Below, piece after piece: positions 41,020 through 54,299 of a DNA stretch of 63,090 nt; positions within the stretch are counted from its first letter, which is position 1, and every line of letters begins with the position of its first letter. The position numbers and the translations under genes were made by a program. Origin of the DNA: Octopus bimaculoides (Eukaryota); the NCBI RefSeq assembly GCF_001194135.2, contig NC_068986.1:59571639-59634728 (forward strand), given 5' to 3'. The notes beneath the pieces are model-generated. The model made no database searches. It saw only the letters and a program-made list of their open reading frames with translations, and was not told where the DNA came from.

Positions 41020-41450
41020 TGTTTACAGCAGCGCTTGGAGGGAAGGTATGTAGCATGTGATTGTCGCATTGACCATTACAGAGAAAGTTGAACAGAGAAT
41101 CTGCATTAAATTTTGCCAAAAGCTTGGCACACAAAGTTTTCAAAAAGTTTTCATCTTTCTAGACACAATCAAGATCTTGTGCAATTGAGACATGAGTGTC
41201 CTTTCAGTCAGCTGAAAGCAGTTTTGGCACAAACTTGGCAGACACGCATCTTATACTCAAATCTTCAGTGGACTAAACTGAAGCGTAACTAATTTCAATT
41301 CCTCTGATAACTCACAGATGGTGATTTGATGATTATCCCCTTGCAGCTGCTTGCACATCTGTGATGTTATCTCAGTTCTGCTGGTTGTGGGTCTCCCAGA
41401 ACGTTCCTCAATATTGACATTTTTTTTATCATATTGGAAACATCTTATTT
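41020..41450. mobile_element. Mariner N-terminal fragments in both orientations
   Basis: + strand EKVEQRICIKFCQKLG; - strand NIEERSGRPTTSRT. A related 5' fragment lies on - at ~41780-41900. Confidence 0.75.
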
Positions 41451-44019
41451 CTTTACTGCCCACAAGGGGCTACACACAGGCGGGACAAAAAAGGACAGAC
41501 AAACGGATTAAGTCGATTATATCGACCCCAGTGCATAACTGGTTCTTATTTAATCGACCCCAAAAGGATGAAAGGCAAAGTTGACCTCGGCAGAATTTGA
41601 AATCAGAACATAGCGGCAGACAAAATACCACTAAGCATTTTGCCTGGCGTACTAATGTTTCTGCCAGCTCACCACCCTACCATCTTGGAAATATCTGAAC
41701 CACTCGTACATTTGTGTGAAGCTCATATACTCCTCTCTATACACTTTCTGCAACTTTGCATAGGCCTCCCATGACAACTTTCTCTGTCATGGTTAATGTG
41801 ACGATCACACACTACACACCTTCCTTCCAAGCACTGCTGTAAACAGCAGAAGTGAGCTAGAATGTTAAAACTTAGTGCACATGCACAACAGAGTTTAAGG
41901 TCAATCTTTGCCAAGTAGCTTCACTCAGCATGCTTTAGTTTCGGTAGTAGGGCAACAGTCCAGATACTTAATGATCAGCCCTTGTACTAACAACAAATTA
42001 CATTTAATGGTTGTTTTAGCCAATCCTGTCATCCTACTTGTTGATATGTCTAGATTCTGATGAATCCTGTAACTAATCCATTCATCCACCTACTCTGTGA
42101 ACTGGTTGGCATTAGGAAGGCCATCCAGCTATAAAAACCATGCCGAAGCAGACAGCAGAGCCTGGTGCAGTCCTCTGGCTTACCAGCTCCTGCCAAACCA
42201 CTGAACCTATACCAGCATGGAAAATGGATGTTTAATAGTGATGATAATGATATATACATACATATATATATTTATGTTGGATTAACTTCCATAAAGCTAC
42301 TGCCTCTCAAATTTTGCTTGTAAGGCATTGGCCTGCCAAGGCTATAATGTAAGACTTGGCTAAGGTGGCATAGGATTGACTCTAAAGACTGCATGATTGT
42401 GGAGTCAACATCTTAATCACACAATGATGCCATCATCTTTTTGCCAAAACGTAATTGCAATAAGTAAATAGCTATTTAATTAGACATGAGAACAACTGTA
42501 AAAGAAAAATGTATAATGAGTAGAATATATAATTGGTATTTCAGGTGTCTCTATTAATAGGATAAGTAATAGCTGCAGGTAGTTAATGCTAATAAAGAGG
42601 AGAAACTTCTTTATACTAAGATAATGAGGATGTGGACAGTTAATCAAAATACAATTCATTGAATGAAAATAGTTGACTGAAAAAGCAGCTGATAGAAGTA
42701 ACAGTCACTTGAATCTACAACTAAATTCAATTACAGAAAATATTTAAGATATTTTCTTCCTAAAAGTTATTTTGTCACATTTTTAACATAAAAATATAAA
42801 AACTATACAGAGAATTAAAATGATTATTTTCACTCTCCCCTTTACAGTATCAAGTGAATCCAAATATAGAGCTACCAAATTCAATACTATAAGACAACTT
42901 GACTGTCCTGTCACAAGCTAGTCAGTTAACTGCAAATAATCCAAGAAGTGACTTTGGCAACAAGGATTTCAAAGAGAAGTTCAATCCCTAACTAAATAGG
43001 TTCTCAGCAGTAAATATTGAAAAGGGAAAAAAATTCTGTTACAAACTTCATAGCTCCACAAAGACAGTAGTTAATCTTGGTTTTTGTAGTATTAAGCAGA
43101 CAGTCAAATTTAACTGTTTGAACTGACACAGGGATCTATGACAAGTAAGTTTCCAAGAAGTTCTGCTGTCAATTTCTAACTGATAAATTAAGTGAAACAT
43201 ATACAAGGAAGTGTCCTTTTGTCAAAATGACAACAAAATGCTCACACTTATGAAAAAATGCAGTTGAATTCAATTTAATTTTTATGACTTCAAATTTTAA
43301 TAATCCCAAACATATTTCTAACATTTATGACTTAACCTGATAGAATAAGTAATGACAAGAAACTGGAAATATTCCATTTTTTCTTATGTTGAAACCAAAT
43401 TGGTAAGTTTTGTTTCTTGTCCTCTTTATCAGATTTTAAACATTCTTTTGACAATTAGAATATGGTAAGTAGTTATATTATCTGTTGCCAAGTATCTCCT
43501 CAATTAGCAAAGTATCTCCACTATAGTAAGACACCTATCTCTACTCTTCAACTGACACTTTGGTACAAAGCCATGTCCCTCGGTACCACTCCCTCTCCCA
43601 GTCAAGGGGTCCTTGTTTTGTAAGTACTTGGCAACCTTGTAGGTGGTGGTGCTACATAAGAAGTAACCAATTCACTCTGTACTGTGTTTGGCATTAGGAA
43701 GGACATCCAGCCATAAAAACCAGACAATGGAGCCTGGTGCAGTTCTATGGCTTGCCAGCTGTTGTCAAACCATCCAGTTCATGCCAGCAGGGAAAATGGT
43801 TGTTAAGTGATGATAATGATGTTGCAGTATTATGATGTGCAATATTATATTGTACATGGTAATATGTTTGTAATTTCGTTTTTTGGTTCTGTATTAAATA
43901 CCCTCCACAAATTATCCATTACAAATACTGTGATATGATGTTTGCTGCTACATGGATTATCATAGTATAATAGTATGTTGTATGTAATGTTATATATTGT
44001 GAAACATGAAATCGTCATC

Positions 44020-45590
44020 GTCGCCGTCGCTGCTGTTGTCGCCGCTGCCGTCGTCGTTGTTTAGTGGCTGCCTTCCATGCTAGCATGAGTGGGATGGTTT
44101 GACAAGAGCCGGCCAGGCAGAAGCCTGCACTAGACTTCTATGACTGTTTTGGTAGGATTTTTCTGCTGGATGCGCCTTACTAACACTAACTACACTACAG
44201 AGTGGACTTAGTGCCTTTTACGTGGCACAAGCACAGGCGAGGTTAGTTTTGGATGCCCTTCCAAAAACCAACCACTTTACAGTGTAGACTGGGTGCTTTT
44301 AAGTGGCGCCTGCACTAACAGGGTCACGAAGTACTTGCAAGACAAAAACAAAAACTTTAAGAGGGGAGGGGCATTTGAGGAGGTGACTTTGTGTCAGGTG
44401 ATAAAAGGTTATAGTGAGACGGAAACAGGTGTATTGTTGTAGAGGAAGTACAAGGTTGACCAGCCGTCTGGGGGGGGGGGATCAGGAATGAAGACAAAAA
44501 TGGGTGCACTACTGCAAACGAAATACATGTTTATCCAACCTGAGGGAAGTGCAGGAGAAGGAGAGAGAGAGCAGGAGACAGTAGGATAAAGATGGTGGCA
44601 AAATACCAGGCATACTCACAAGGGACAGGGATCAGAATATAATTAGGATGGCTGAGTAAAGGGAGAGAGAGAGATATAGGTGGTGGCAGGTGCCAGGGAG
44701 TACCCTTGAGGTTCGAACACCATAATATAAGTGGCAGGTTATTGCGAAGGAAGTGTGATTAAAGAGTGCGGAGGGGGGAGTGAGTGGTGAAAACCTGGGT
44801 ATATACAAAGTCAGTGGGTGGGGTGGGGGGCTACTGGATCGCAATGATGCGAGGACAGGATTGGGGAGTGAGAGCTAGGCATAGTGTATGAAGGAGGAAA
44901 TGTGAGGAAGTGATGTGGAGATGTAGATTGGTTTGTTGGGTTAGGGTGAGTGAAAAGTTTTCTTGTTACAAGTGGGTGGAACACACAGGTGGGAGGCTAG
45001 CAGATAGTAATAATACAGTGAGAGAGGGCATGTGGGTGGAACTCACAGGTTGGGGGCTAGTAGAGAGCAATGATACAGTGGTACAGGAACAAGAGGACAA
45101 AATTAGGTAGTTTGAGGTAAGCATAATGCATGAAGCAGAAATGTGGGGAAGAGAAGAGATGTAGAGACATAATTTGGTTTGTTGTGATAGAGTGTGTGAG
45201 AAATTTTCTTGAGTGTGGGTGGGACACACAATACTTCTAGAACTCAGTTTCACTGATGTGGGCGGGTCTTCTCTAGAACTTCATATCACAAGACATCTCG
45301 ACTCATTGCCATTTCCTCCATGAGGCCCAACATCCTGAGATTGGTCCTTACCACTTCATGCTACATCTTCCCAGGTCTCCCTCTTCCACAGGTACCATTC
45401 ACTTTCAGTAATCAGCACTTCTTTATGCAGCTGTCCTCATTCATATGCATTACATGTCCAAACCAATGTAGTCTTCTCTCTTGCATGCTACTTTTGATTC
45501 CTCTTATGCCCAACTTTTCTCTCAATACATTTGCACTTTGCCTTACAAATGCACTGATGTTGCACATCCAACAGAGCATGTTGAGTGATG
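44020..45590 (-). mobile_element. 3' portion of an RTE-type LINE (RT end, long 3' region, GAC-type tail)
   Basis: RT fragment LREKLGIRGIKSSMQERRLHWFGHVMHM at 45250-45590. 3' end at 44040-44330 is shared with short + strand copies at ~42050-42250 and ~43560-43820. Joining these parts into one element is inference. Confidence 0.6.
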
Positions 45591-48500
45591 ATGCATGTGT
45601 TATAATTAGAATTATTTTACTGTTTGTTAGATGGTGCAATACTGTATTTTAAAATGCATGTAGAATGCCAAAAACTGTAGAACAACAAATTAAATGATTT
45701 TGAACAGATGTTTTCAAACACTAAGCTTACTGAAGAATGACAAAAAGAAAGGTCTGAGAAAGGCAAGAGAGACATTTCCAGATTTTAAGTCAATTAAACA
45801 ACAAAAAAAAAAAACTATGGCATACTTGTGCACTATGGATACCTTGTAGGTGGGTCACAATTTTTTGAGATGAGTCTGAAAACGCCTGGATATTTAAAAA
45901 AAACTAGAGTGATTTTAATGCACTGCAATAGTGCACCAGTGCATATGAGTATTCTTTTGTGGCAAAATGTGATGAATGCACCCATTTATGATTTTAAGCA
46001 GTTTCAACACATTTTTACCTTTAAATATGTAATGAAAGTTTTTAAAGGTTGATGGCATAATACTTTTAGTACCTTATTCAGAGTGCCATGGATTAGAAAA
46101 AGGTTGAAAACCACTGCTTTAACACATAAAGTGGCATCTCCCTGCATTCTGAGTTCAAATGTTTCCATGATCAATACTGTCTTCTATCTTCCTGGGGTGG
46201 ATAAAATAAGTACCATGCCTATACTAGAGTTGATGTTAGTGCTTATACCTCTCCAATGTAAGTGTGAGATCTTGTGCTAATGTCATAAGTGAATATTTAT
46301 ATGTGTGCAGAGAAGTTGTTAGTAAACCAATTTTCAATTTATGATTGAAGACAAATAAATGGAAGCTTATTCCATTGCTAATTTCTTTGAACACTATAAG
46401 AACACTATAGAATCTCATTCACAAATTTACTACTTATATAAGCTTGAAAACTTGTATTTAAGAAAGCAATGTCATGTTGCATATGTAGCCTTATTTGCAG
46501 GTGCTGTCATACTAGATTTGATATTTCGTGACACTTGTAAAGTGTAATAATATACTGCATATCTTTGAGATATACTGTATGATATGTATAGCAAGCTATT
46601 AGATATAGAAGAAAAAAATTAAACTGTAAAGCTGTGATTTAACTTGTGCCCATGGTATATAAGGGAACCCAGAAAAGAACCAATTAGTGAAGCACTTTTA
46701 GAAATCATATCAACAGGATTTTCAAGTCAAAAATAATATCATCTTGATTTGGATTATGGTTTATCAAAATCTCATACATACCCCAGGGGCACATGCTGAT
46801 AGTATTCCCTTAGATAAGGAAAAAAAAAAAAGTTTGGCATCCGGTTCTTTTTCTTTCTTTCATACTTATTTTCTTGTTTATTTTTCTTTTTGTTCATTTC
46901 AGTTTTGTGATATATTTATTTACTGTGAAGATATGATATAGTTTAAAAGCATTGGGTAGCTTATTATTAGATAGTTTTTGTTTGAGAAACATGATCTGAA
47001 TCAGGGGCACCAAAGAAGAAATTAGGTAATTTAAAAAGTGAGAGTTGTTCTTTTTTAGACTTAAGTCAGCACTAAATAAGCAAATTTAAGATCAAAAGTA
47101 TAAAGTTTTTCAGCAATGACCACCCTGTCCCCACCACCACCCTGAAATAACACAACTAATACAAATTTTAACTAATAACATCTTAGATATCATTTTAAAG
47201 ACAGTATTGTATGATTTAAGGGAAATCTTACTGCTGATTCTGGAACTGTTGAGCAACCATATAAAGGCTACCCTGTTGAGAGTAACTGAAATGAGTGAAT
47301 TTGGGAGTGAAATGGGTGATATTTATAAGTTTTATAGAAATATAATTATCTTCTACAAATGAAGATTATCTGCAGGATATATTTTAAAGTGTGTGTACAT
47401 GTGGTAGAATGAGAGGAAGAGTAAAAGGGAGGTTTTCTTGTATCATTAATAACTATAGAGTTCTTGGCTGGCCAATAAAGGAGCTTGTGCTTAACCGGTC
47501 AACTTACATAACACTGAAGCCTCCTATGTTAGAAGCCTCCTTTGTTAGAAATAATAACCAATCCCACTCCCCTTCAAAACATACTGCTATCTATCTTAAG
47601 GAGGCATAGGATTATGTAGTCTTAGATATCCTTAAGAAAGATAGGATGGAGATCATGGTTGAAATGTATTCAGTCATAAAAACAGCAACACCCAAAGCCA
47701 TGGCTTGCAAGTAAGTATATTTTGTTTTAGGTGCTCATGTAGTTATGAACAGAGGCAACAGAACAACAGGATATGACAAAAGAAGGGAGAAGAGGTTGCA
47801 CCAGCATTAGACAGTTATTCTTTAGCTGAGTGGATTGGAGCAATGTAAAGTAAAGTGGTTTGTTAATGAGTACAACATTGAATTGAACTCACAAGCTTAT
47901 GATCACGAGACCTACACCCTAACTATAAAGGTACATGCCAGAGGTTTGCTCAATCAGTTTTTTCCTCAAATAAAAATTGAGTTTTAAAATTATTTTGAAA
48001 CAGAAATAGGTGCACACATTGCACTTTGTTGCAAAGGACTACATATATCTTGTCATGGTGCATTAAAAACACCCAAGTGAGCCCAAATATCAATAAAGTG
48101 CATCTAGCACTATGTCCAGTCAGTTTTTTCCTTAAAGAAGCAGAGTGTAATTCATGGGAAATTTTGATGCTATTTCTAGCAGGTGAAATGATTACATAGA
48201 GCAGCAAAGGGAAGAAACTTTTAGTACCAAGTGTGTATTGCAAGTGTACAAAAAGCAATGTGGTAGTATCTGCTACATATTCATTATAGACATTGTAAAT
48301 CCACAAATATTAAAACAAACTGATGTTGTTAATGAGCTTGTTACATCCACAGAAGGATTTGTATTCAGTAACATAAAAAAAAAGTCAATGTTTTAAATTG
48401 CCCTTGTTATTGCTACTTAACTCCAAGTCATCTATACTAATAAAAGCAAATTTCTGTCTGTCCATCTGAGACCCCTGTATCTCAGTCTATATTTCTTCTA

Positions 48501-48920
48501 CATAGACATATTATACCTTTTAGGAATCAGAACGATCCCAGGATTGAAAATCTGCCCTTCATTTGGTTCTTGAACATCCAGCATTGGGATTTGATTTAAC
48601 AGCATTTGGGTTGCTATTTCTAGCAGGTAAAGCAACCATGAGAGGTTTCAAAGCCATAGTACAAGAGTTACTTCTCTTAACTTTAAATTTTAATAAAGAA
48701 TTTAGTGGTTCTTTTATCTTTTTCAGTCATTAGACGATGACCATGCTGGGGCACCACATTGAAGAATTTTAATCAAACAAATCGACACCAGTTATTTCTT
48801 TTTCATGCCAGGTACTTTTTTCATTGGCCTCTTTTACTGAACCGCTAAGTTATGTGAACATAAACACACCAACACCAGTTATCAAAAGGTAGTGGGGGAT
48901 AAACAACAAAACCACAATAC

Positions 48921-49006
<86 letters not shown>

Positions 49007-49817
49007 TCTATTCAAATCTTTAAAAAACTCCAAAAATTTGTGAACAATATAGGGAATATCTGTGATGTAAAAATATATAGATAAATATATTTTGCATGTT
49101 CATTGCTATGCAACTTGTATTAGTGTACTGTTTTGGCTTCACCTTTTCTTTTGCTCCCAATATAGGCTTTTAGAGATTTTATTGGTGATTTCAATTTTGA
49201 ATGAGAGGAAAATCTCTTCTGCAAGTGAAGGTTAGCATGAGAATAATGTAAGTAGTATATAATATATATACATGTTATGAGAGAAAACCATGAAGCATGA
49301 ATTAGATATATCTTTATTTCAACTGTTAGACATGTTTCTGCATTCAATAATCAATGATGACATATTATGTGATTTATAAAGGGCTTTGATCATACCAAAT
49401 GTGTCCTCAGACAGGGTCAAAATTTGAATTACAAACATGCAAGCATCTTATGTAAATACTTGAGAGTTACAAGGTAACCAGAGGAAGTGGAGAAGGTGAG
49501 ATGGGAAGGAGGTTCTGCTATAACAACCATTGTATTTAGTGGCATAAACAATATGAAAAACAACTGTGTTGGTATGGGAAATTATAGTTGTCAAACGAAA
49601 TGTGGAGATAAAGAGGTCAGACTGTTTTGTCACACTCCTAGTGCATATTTCCTCTTACACACACTCACACACACACACACACGCACCAACGTTTGGGTGG
49701 TACTCATTTTCAGCTGGTGTGAAATAATGTCTTACTGTCACAGGATACAGTTCAGGTATAGAACCTTTGTTGAACATCACTGTTTTCCTGGCTTGCAAAA
49801 TGATGCTAATGGCAGTG

Positions 49818-50300
49818 AAACCCCTAGCAAAGGAAAGCACCTTGACCAGTAACCCCTTTGATATTGATAGGTAAAAATCGGAGATACATTGGCTGTTTCG
49901 GGAACTCATTCAAACAACGCCTCTCCAACCACAGATCCTCTTTCAGGATATTGGAAAGGAGATTCATCACATCATTAGCCAGCCATGTATGGCAGCTAAT
50001 AGACAATAGGATTCCATACAGAATATCATGGAGAATCCTAGAGAATCCTGGCCCCTACATAAACGAGATTAATCACTATAAATCATGCATAGTGAAATGG
50101 GCAAGAATCCTAAAGGACTCCTTCAACCCAGGATATTTCCTGAACTCCAGAATGGAGGTCTTTGGACTGCACTACATTTCAGGAAATTCCTGCAAGCATC
50201 CTGGAACCCATGGGATAACAGGGCCACCAGCAATCGATAACCAAAGGAACACAACCCCCTTTGTTGACATTGAATAACGGAGTCATTTCCTCCTCCATAT
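49818..50300 (+). mobile_element. Penelope-like element GIY-YIG endonuclease fragment
   Basis: RYIGCFGNSFKQRLSNHRSSF...TSLASHVWQL...YRISWRIL...LNSRMEV...CKH follows the PLE GIY-YIG C-terminal pattern. Confidence 0.85.
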
Positions 50301-50435
50301 TCTAGAGAGGCCACTTGCCAGAGAGGCCTTTAGCCAACAAGGTTTGGGATCTGATGATATGCCATGTCAAGTCTTTTACGGATACAAAATCCACATAGGT
50401 AATCCCATAAACCAGCTTTATCTAACTTTAGTATA

Positions 50436-50481
<46 letters not shown>

Positions 50482-50777
50482 ACTCTCCTCTTGATGACGT
50501 ATGAATGTTCAGCCTCTGTTGAATGACCTGCACAAATGATTTGTTTAGTGACCAAATTTATGTACTGTACATTAGCTCAGTCCCTCCAAATTGACATTGC
50601 CTAAACAGGTGCACGGTGTGTCATGCATCAGGTGTTGAAGTGATCACAGAGTGACATAAGATAAAGTATTTTGCTCAAGAACACAATGAACCAACTGGTC
50701 TAGGAATTGAAACCATGATTTTGTGATTGTAAGTGCAATGCTCGAAACACTAGGCCATGCACCCTATATATGTTAAA

Positions 50778-51046
50778 TAAAATGAGACAACAAAGCCAAG
50801 GCAGTGTGAAATTTCTAGGACATTTTCTAAATTTTTATTCTCATATTTCCCTTTATACTTCCTACATCTCTACCTTTCCAAAATAACTTCTTATATTGAA
50901 CTCTACTATTTCTTTCTATTTAACTCTCTCACATCATCTCTGATGATGGAATATCCTTTATACCCCTGAAACAGCTGTAAGACTACCTTTCTCTTTATAA
51001 ATGTCCGAGAAATTTCACACTGCCTTGGCTTTGTTGTCCCATTTTG
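50778..51046 (+). mobile_element. Short PLE pLTR-like insertion with ~47-bp inverted arms enclosing the hammerhead
   Basis: aaaatgagacaacaaagccaaggcagtgtgaaatttctaggacattt (50778-50825) is the reverse complement of 50999-51046 with 2 mismatches. Confidence 0.65.
50937..50982 (+). ncRNA. Minimal type-I hammerhead ribozyme motif (PLE-type), core intact
   Basis: tct-CTGATGA(50940)-stem II-GAAA(50968)C-AGCT-GTA|aga. Stem I tct/aga; palindromic AGCT stem-III loop; stem II imperfect. Confidence 0.75.
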
Positions 51047-51214
51047 TTTAAAATACACATGCTCACACCCGATCCTTGTTAGACTCTTCACTCATACTCT
51101 TATGAGACTGAGAGTCTAACAGTGGTCCTTCCATTAACACTAACATAGCCTTACCTACCTTTTTGGATCTTCTAGATACCAAAGCCTCTCATATTGTATA
51201 TATATATATATATA

Positions 51215-51719
51215 GAGTTATTAATATTTCTAAGTCTCTCTAAAGGAGACTACGGCAGCGGTACTGGGAATTAATAGTTATCGCCAAGCCAACATGGCAG
51301 TCCCAAAATTAGGACGAAAGCTGCCGTGAATTAGCTCCAAGAAGCCATCGCCTCTAGCTAGGTATGTGACACACGAAACCTGTGTCCTTTATAACCTTCG
51401 AACAGGGGAGGTCAGCAGTTTCCCCTTGCTGGTTTGGCATCTGCAGACTAGTTTCAGAGTGTTGCCCCTTGTCAATGCAGAGCAGCCAAGCTCCAGCCAG
51501 GTGGCGCTGCTGACTATCTGTTCGAAGGTTATTTATCTAATTTCAGTGGAATCTATCCACTGGTTTTCAGAAATAGAGTTATTAATATTTTTAAGTCTCT
51601 CTAAAGGAGACTACGGCAGCGGTACTAGAGGCGATGGCTTCTTGGAGCTAATTCACGGCAGCTTTCGTCCTAATTTTGGGACTGCCATGTTGGCTTGGCG
51701 ATAACTATTAATTCCCAGT
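51215..51719. repeat. Young CpG-rich element with A-B-C-A-B' structure (51-bp direct repeat, 92-bp perfect inverted repeat)
   Basis: A = 51215-51265 and 51576-51626 (1 mismatch). B = 51266-51357 is the exact reverse complement of 51625-51716. C contains a 15-bp perfect stem (51391-51405/51518-51532). Confidence 0.9.
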
Positions 51720-52564
51720 TGTTAGTGTGAATATATTGGTGTATAAATCAATACATATTGCAGATATGTTTGTATAGGTAAATTCAGATTTCCTCATGCT
51801 ACACATTAATACATACACGATATATATCTACAAAGACCAAAAGAAATAGAAAATGGGCAACTATGATTTCTTTACATAAACATTGGAAAGAAAAGTAAAT
51901 TGAATTACTAGAAATAGTTGCCAAATCTTTCCAAAAGTAAATTACTAAATCATGGTTAGGGAACATAACAATCAAGCCATGAATACTCTACCCATGTTGT
52001 AGTAATCCCATGGCAAATTCAGTTGTAAATAGGAAAGACTCTGCAATGCTGGAAACTGCCAAAATGAACATTTTAATGTCAGATCTGAGAAGAGTGACAA
52101 GGAATGAGTTGCCAATATCAAAACACTAGCCAAGGCTAGTACATGATATGATAACAATAGGTTTGATAGTGTAATGTTTTTAGATATCACAACTAATAGT
52201 GAATAAGCTGACAAATTTAGGGGAGTTCACCAAGAACATAACTTTGAAATTGAACTGTAAAAAACACCACAAAAGAAAACCAGTGTAGGGATGGTAACTG
52301 AATCAGATTGCTTTGGAAAGTAGAAACATAGTTTCAACGTAAGTATTAAGAGAGTAATACCAATGTGCCATATTAAAAAGTGCATGTTTTCTCTCTATTC
52401 CTTGGATTACTTTCATAGACATATTCATTTGTATATACATCCATGTAAATTTAACATGAAAAACAAAACAGAAAAACTAAGAACTTGCCAGTAACTAAGC
52501 TTCAGATATCTGCAGTGGAACTGAGTCAATGCCCAGGTAGAAGCGACATCTCACAAAGTATTCT

Positions 52565-52995
52565 TTTATTCTTTTACTCTTTTACTTGTTTCAGTCATTT
52601 GACTGTGGCCATGCTGGAGCAAATCGACCCCAGGACTTATTCTTTGTAAGCCTAGTACTTATTCTATCAGTTCCTTTTTGCTGAACCACTAAGTTACGGG
52701 GACGTAAACACACCAGCATCGCATGTCAAGCGATGGGGGTGAGGGAAAATACAGACAGACAGACACACACACACATATATATATATATACATATATACGA
52801 CGGGCTTCTTTCAGTTTCCGTCTACCAAATCCACTTACAAGGCTTTGGTTGGCCTGAGGCTATAGTAGAAGACGCTTGCCCAAAGTGCCACACAGTGGGA
52901 CTGAACCCCGAACCATGTGGTTGGTAAGCAAGCTACTTACCACACAACCACTCCTGTGCCTATAGCTACTTACCACACAGCCACTCCTGCACCTA
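52565..52995 (-). mobile_element. SINE family A with a tandemly duplicated 5' head
   Basis: Reverse complement of the 18678 family; agctacttaccacaca(a/g)ccactcctg occurs twice at 52929-52992. Partial copies also at ~35-197, ~7370-7530 and ~48715-48905. Confidence 0.8.
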
Positions 52996-54299
52996 TGTAA
53001 TGTTATAACATTCTTTTGTTTTTTGATGACTAAAATGGTCTCTCTCTGATGTAATTGTTTTCTCTTTTTTTATGCTATTGCATGAAATAACTATTTTGTA
53101 TTATAGTCTTACTGTGAAGATTTATATGGGTTAAAACAATAGTGATGTTGCTGATTATGTGTCCTTATTAAGTTGGGTTTAACGCCAAATAGTCATCACA
53201 GGAAGACAAAAATATAATTACATATATAAAATGGATTAATTTACTTAATCACCAAATTGGCTCAAATGTTTGTAGTGCAGAGTGTGATTATGTATGTAAG
53301 TATCATATATTTTTGAAATATTTGTTGATGATACCAGAGAATTTACAAACAAGCTAACTTTGTCATTAATTCATATTTTTGTAAGTTTAGTACAATGAAC
53401 TAGCTGTCATAGACAGATTTGAAGACCCGGGGAATTAATAGTAACATCACCGAGCAACTTATTTAACCTACTCATTTATCATGAAGCTAGAGAAACAGCT
53501 TTCTAAAGAGGGAATTGGTATTGTTTAGATTCAGTCTTTGGTGCTGACATTGTCATTCACCATTCTCTTTGTGAAGAAGCCATCAAAAATTTAAATCACA
53601 AGTCGAGTGCCTTGTTACATTCATAGAAAAATATTGAACAAAATCAAATTAACTTATCTCTTGTGCACATGTTGCTCTTACTCAACAACAGTGCAAATTG
53701 TCAAAATCTTTGAGAAGAATCTGTACAGTACATATGCAGTAATTTGAGGCATTTTCATTTTTTCTTCCTAATAGCACAATGCAGGATTATCAAATATACA
53801 CAAGATGAGATAGAACACAGGAATAATTTTGAATTAGCTGTCATTAGTGAACTGTTCAAAGTTCAGGTTCTTTGCAAAATGATAAAATTAATCTTCCACA
53901 GTTCAACATATGCAGTCAAATGGTTACAGAAAAGAGCATATCTGTAGTATACAGGGATCAAATTGATAACAGCCACTATGATACTCTCTTTACTATAAAC
54001 AATCATGAGCATAAGGGAAATGGACTGAGAAAATAAACATCCACAAGACAGTAGAAATTAAAAAAAACAGAATGTAATGGTAAGAAAAGAGAAGAAAGTG
54101 GAGGAGGTGAAGAATATGGTTGCAAAAATGAGGGAGTATGAGAGGAAATCAAGAGAAAAGGTATGTGATAAATATTACAGAGAAAAAAGAGCATGGCCCA
54201 GTTTGCTTAATTTGTAATGAATATGTGAGGAATGAATAAATGAAGTCTGCTCAATTAAAATGATATTTTGATATAAAATATGCTTCCTATGCAGGTAAA

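Noticed and set aside
42848-43144. + strand segment bounded by a strong acceptor and a gtaagt donor
   Set aside because: Stops in all three frames, and such site pairs arise by chance in 63 kb. No transcript evidence is available.
44395-44440. Hammerhead-like GAAAC-AGGT-GTA
   Set aside because: Upstream core reads GTGATAA and no stem II forms.
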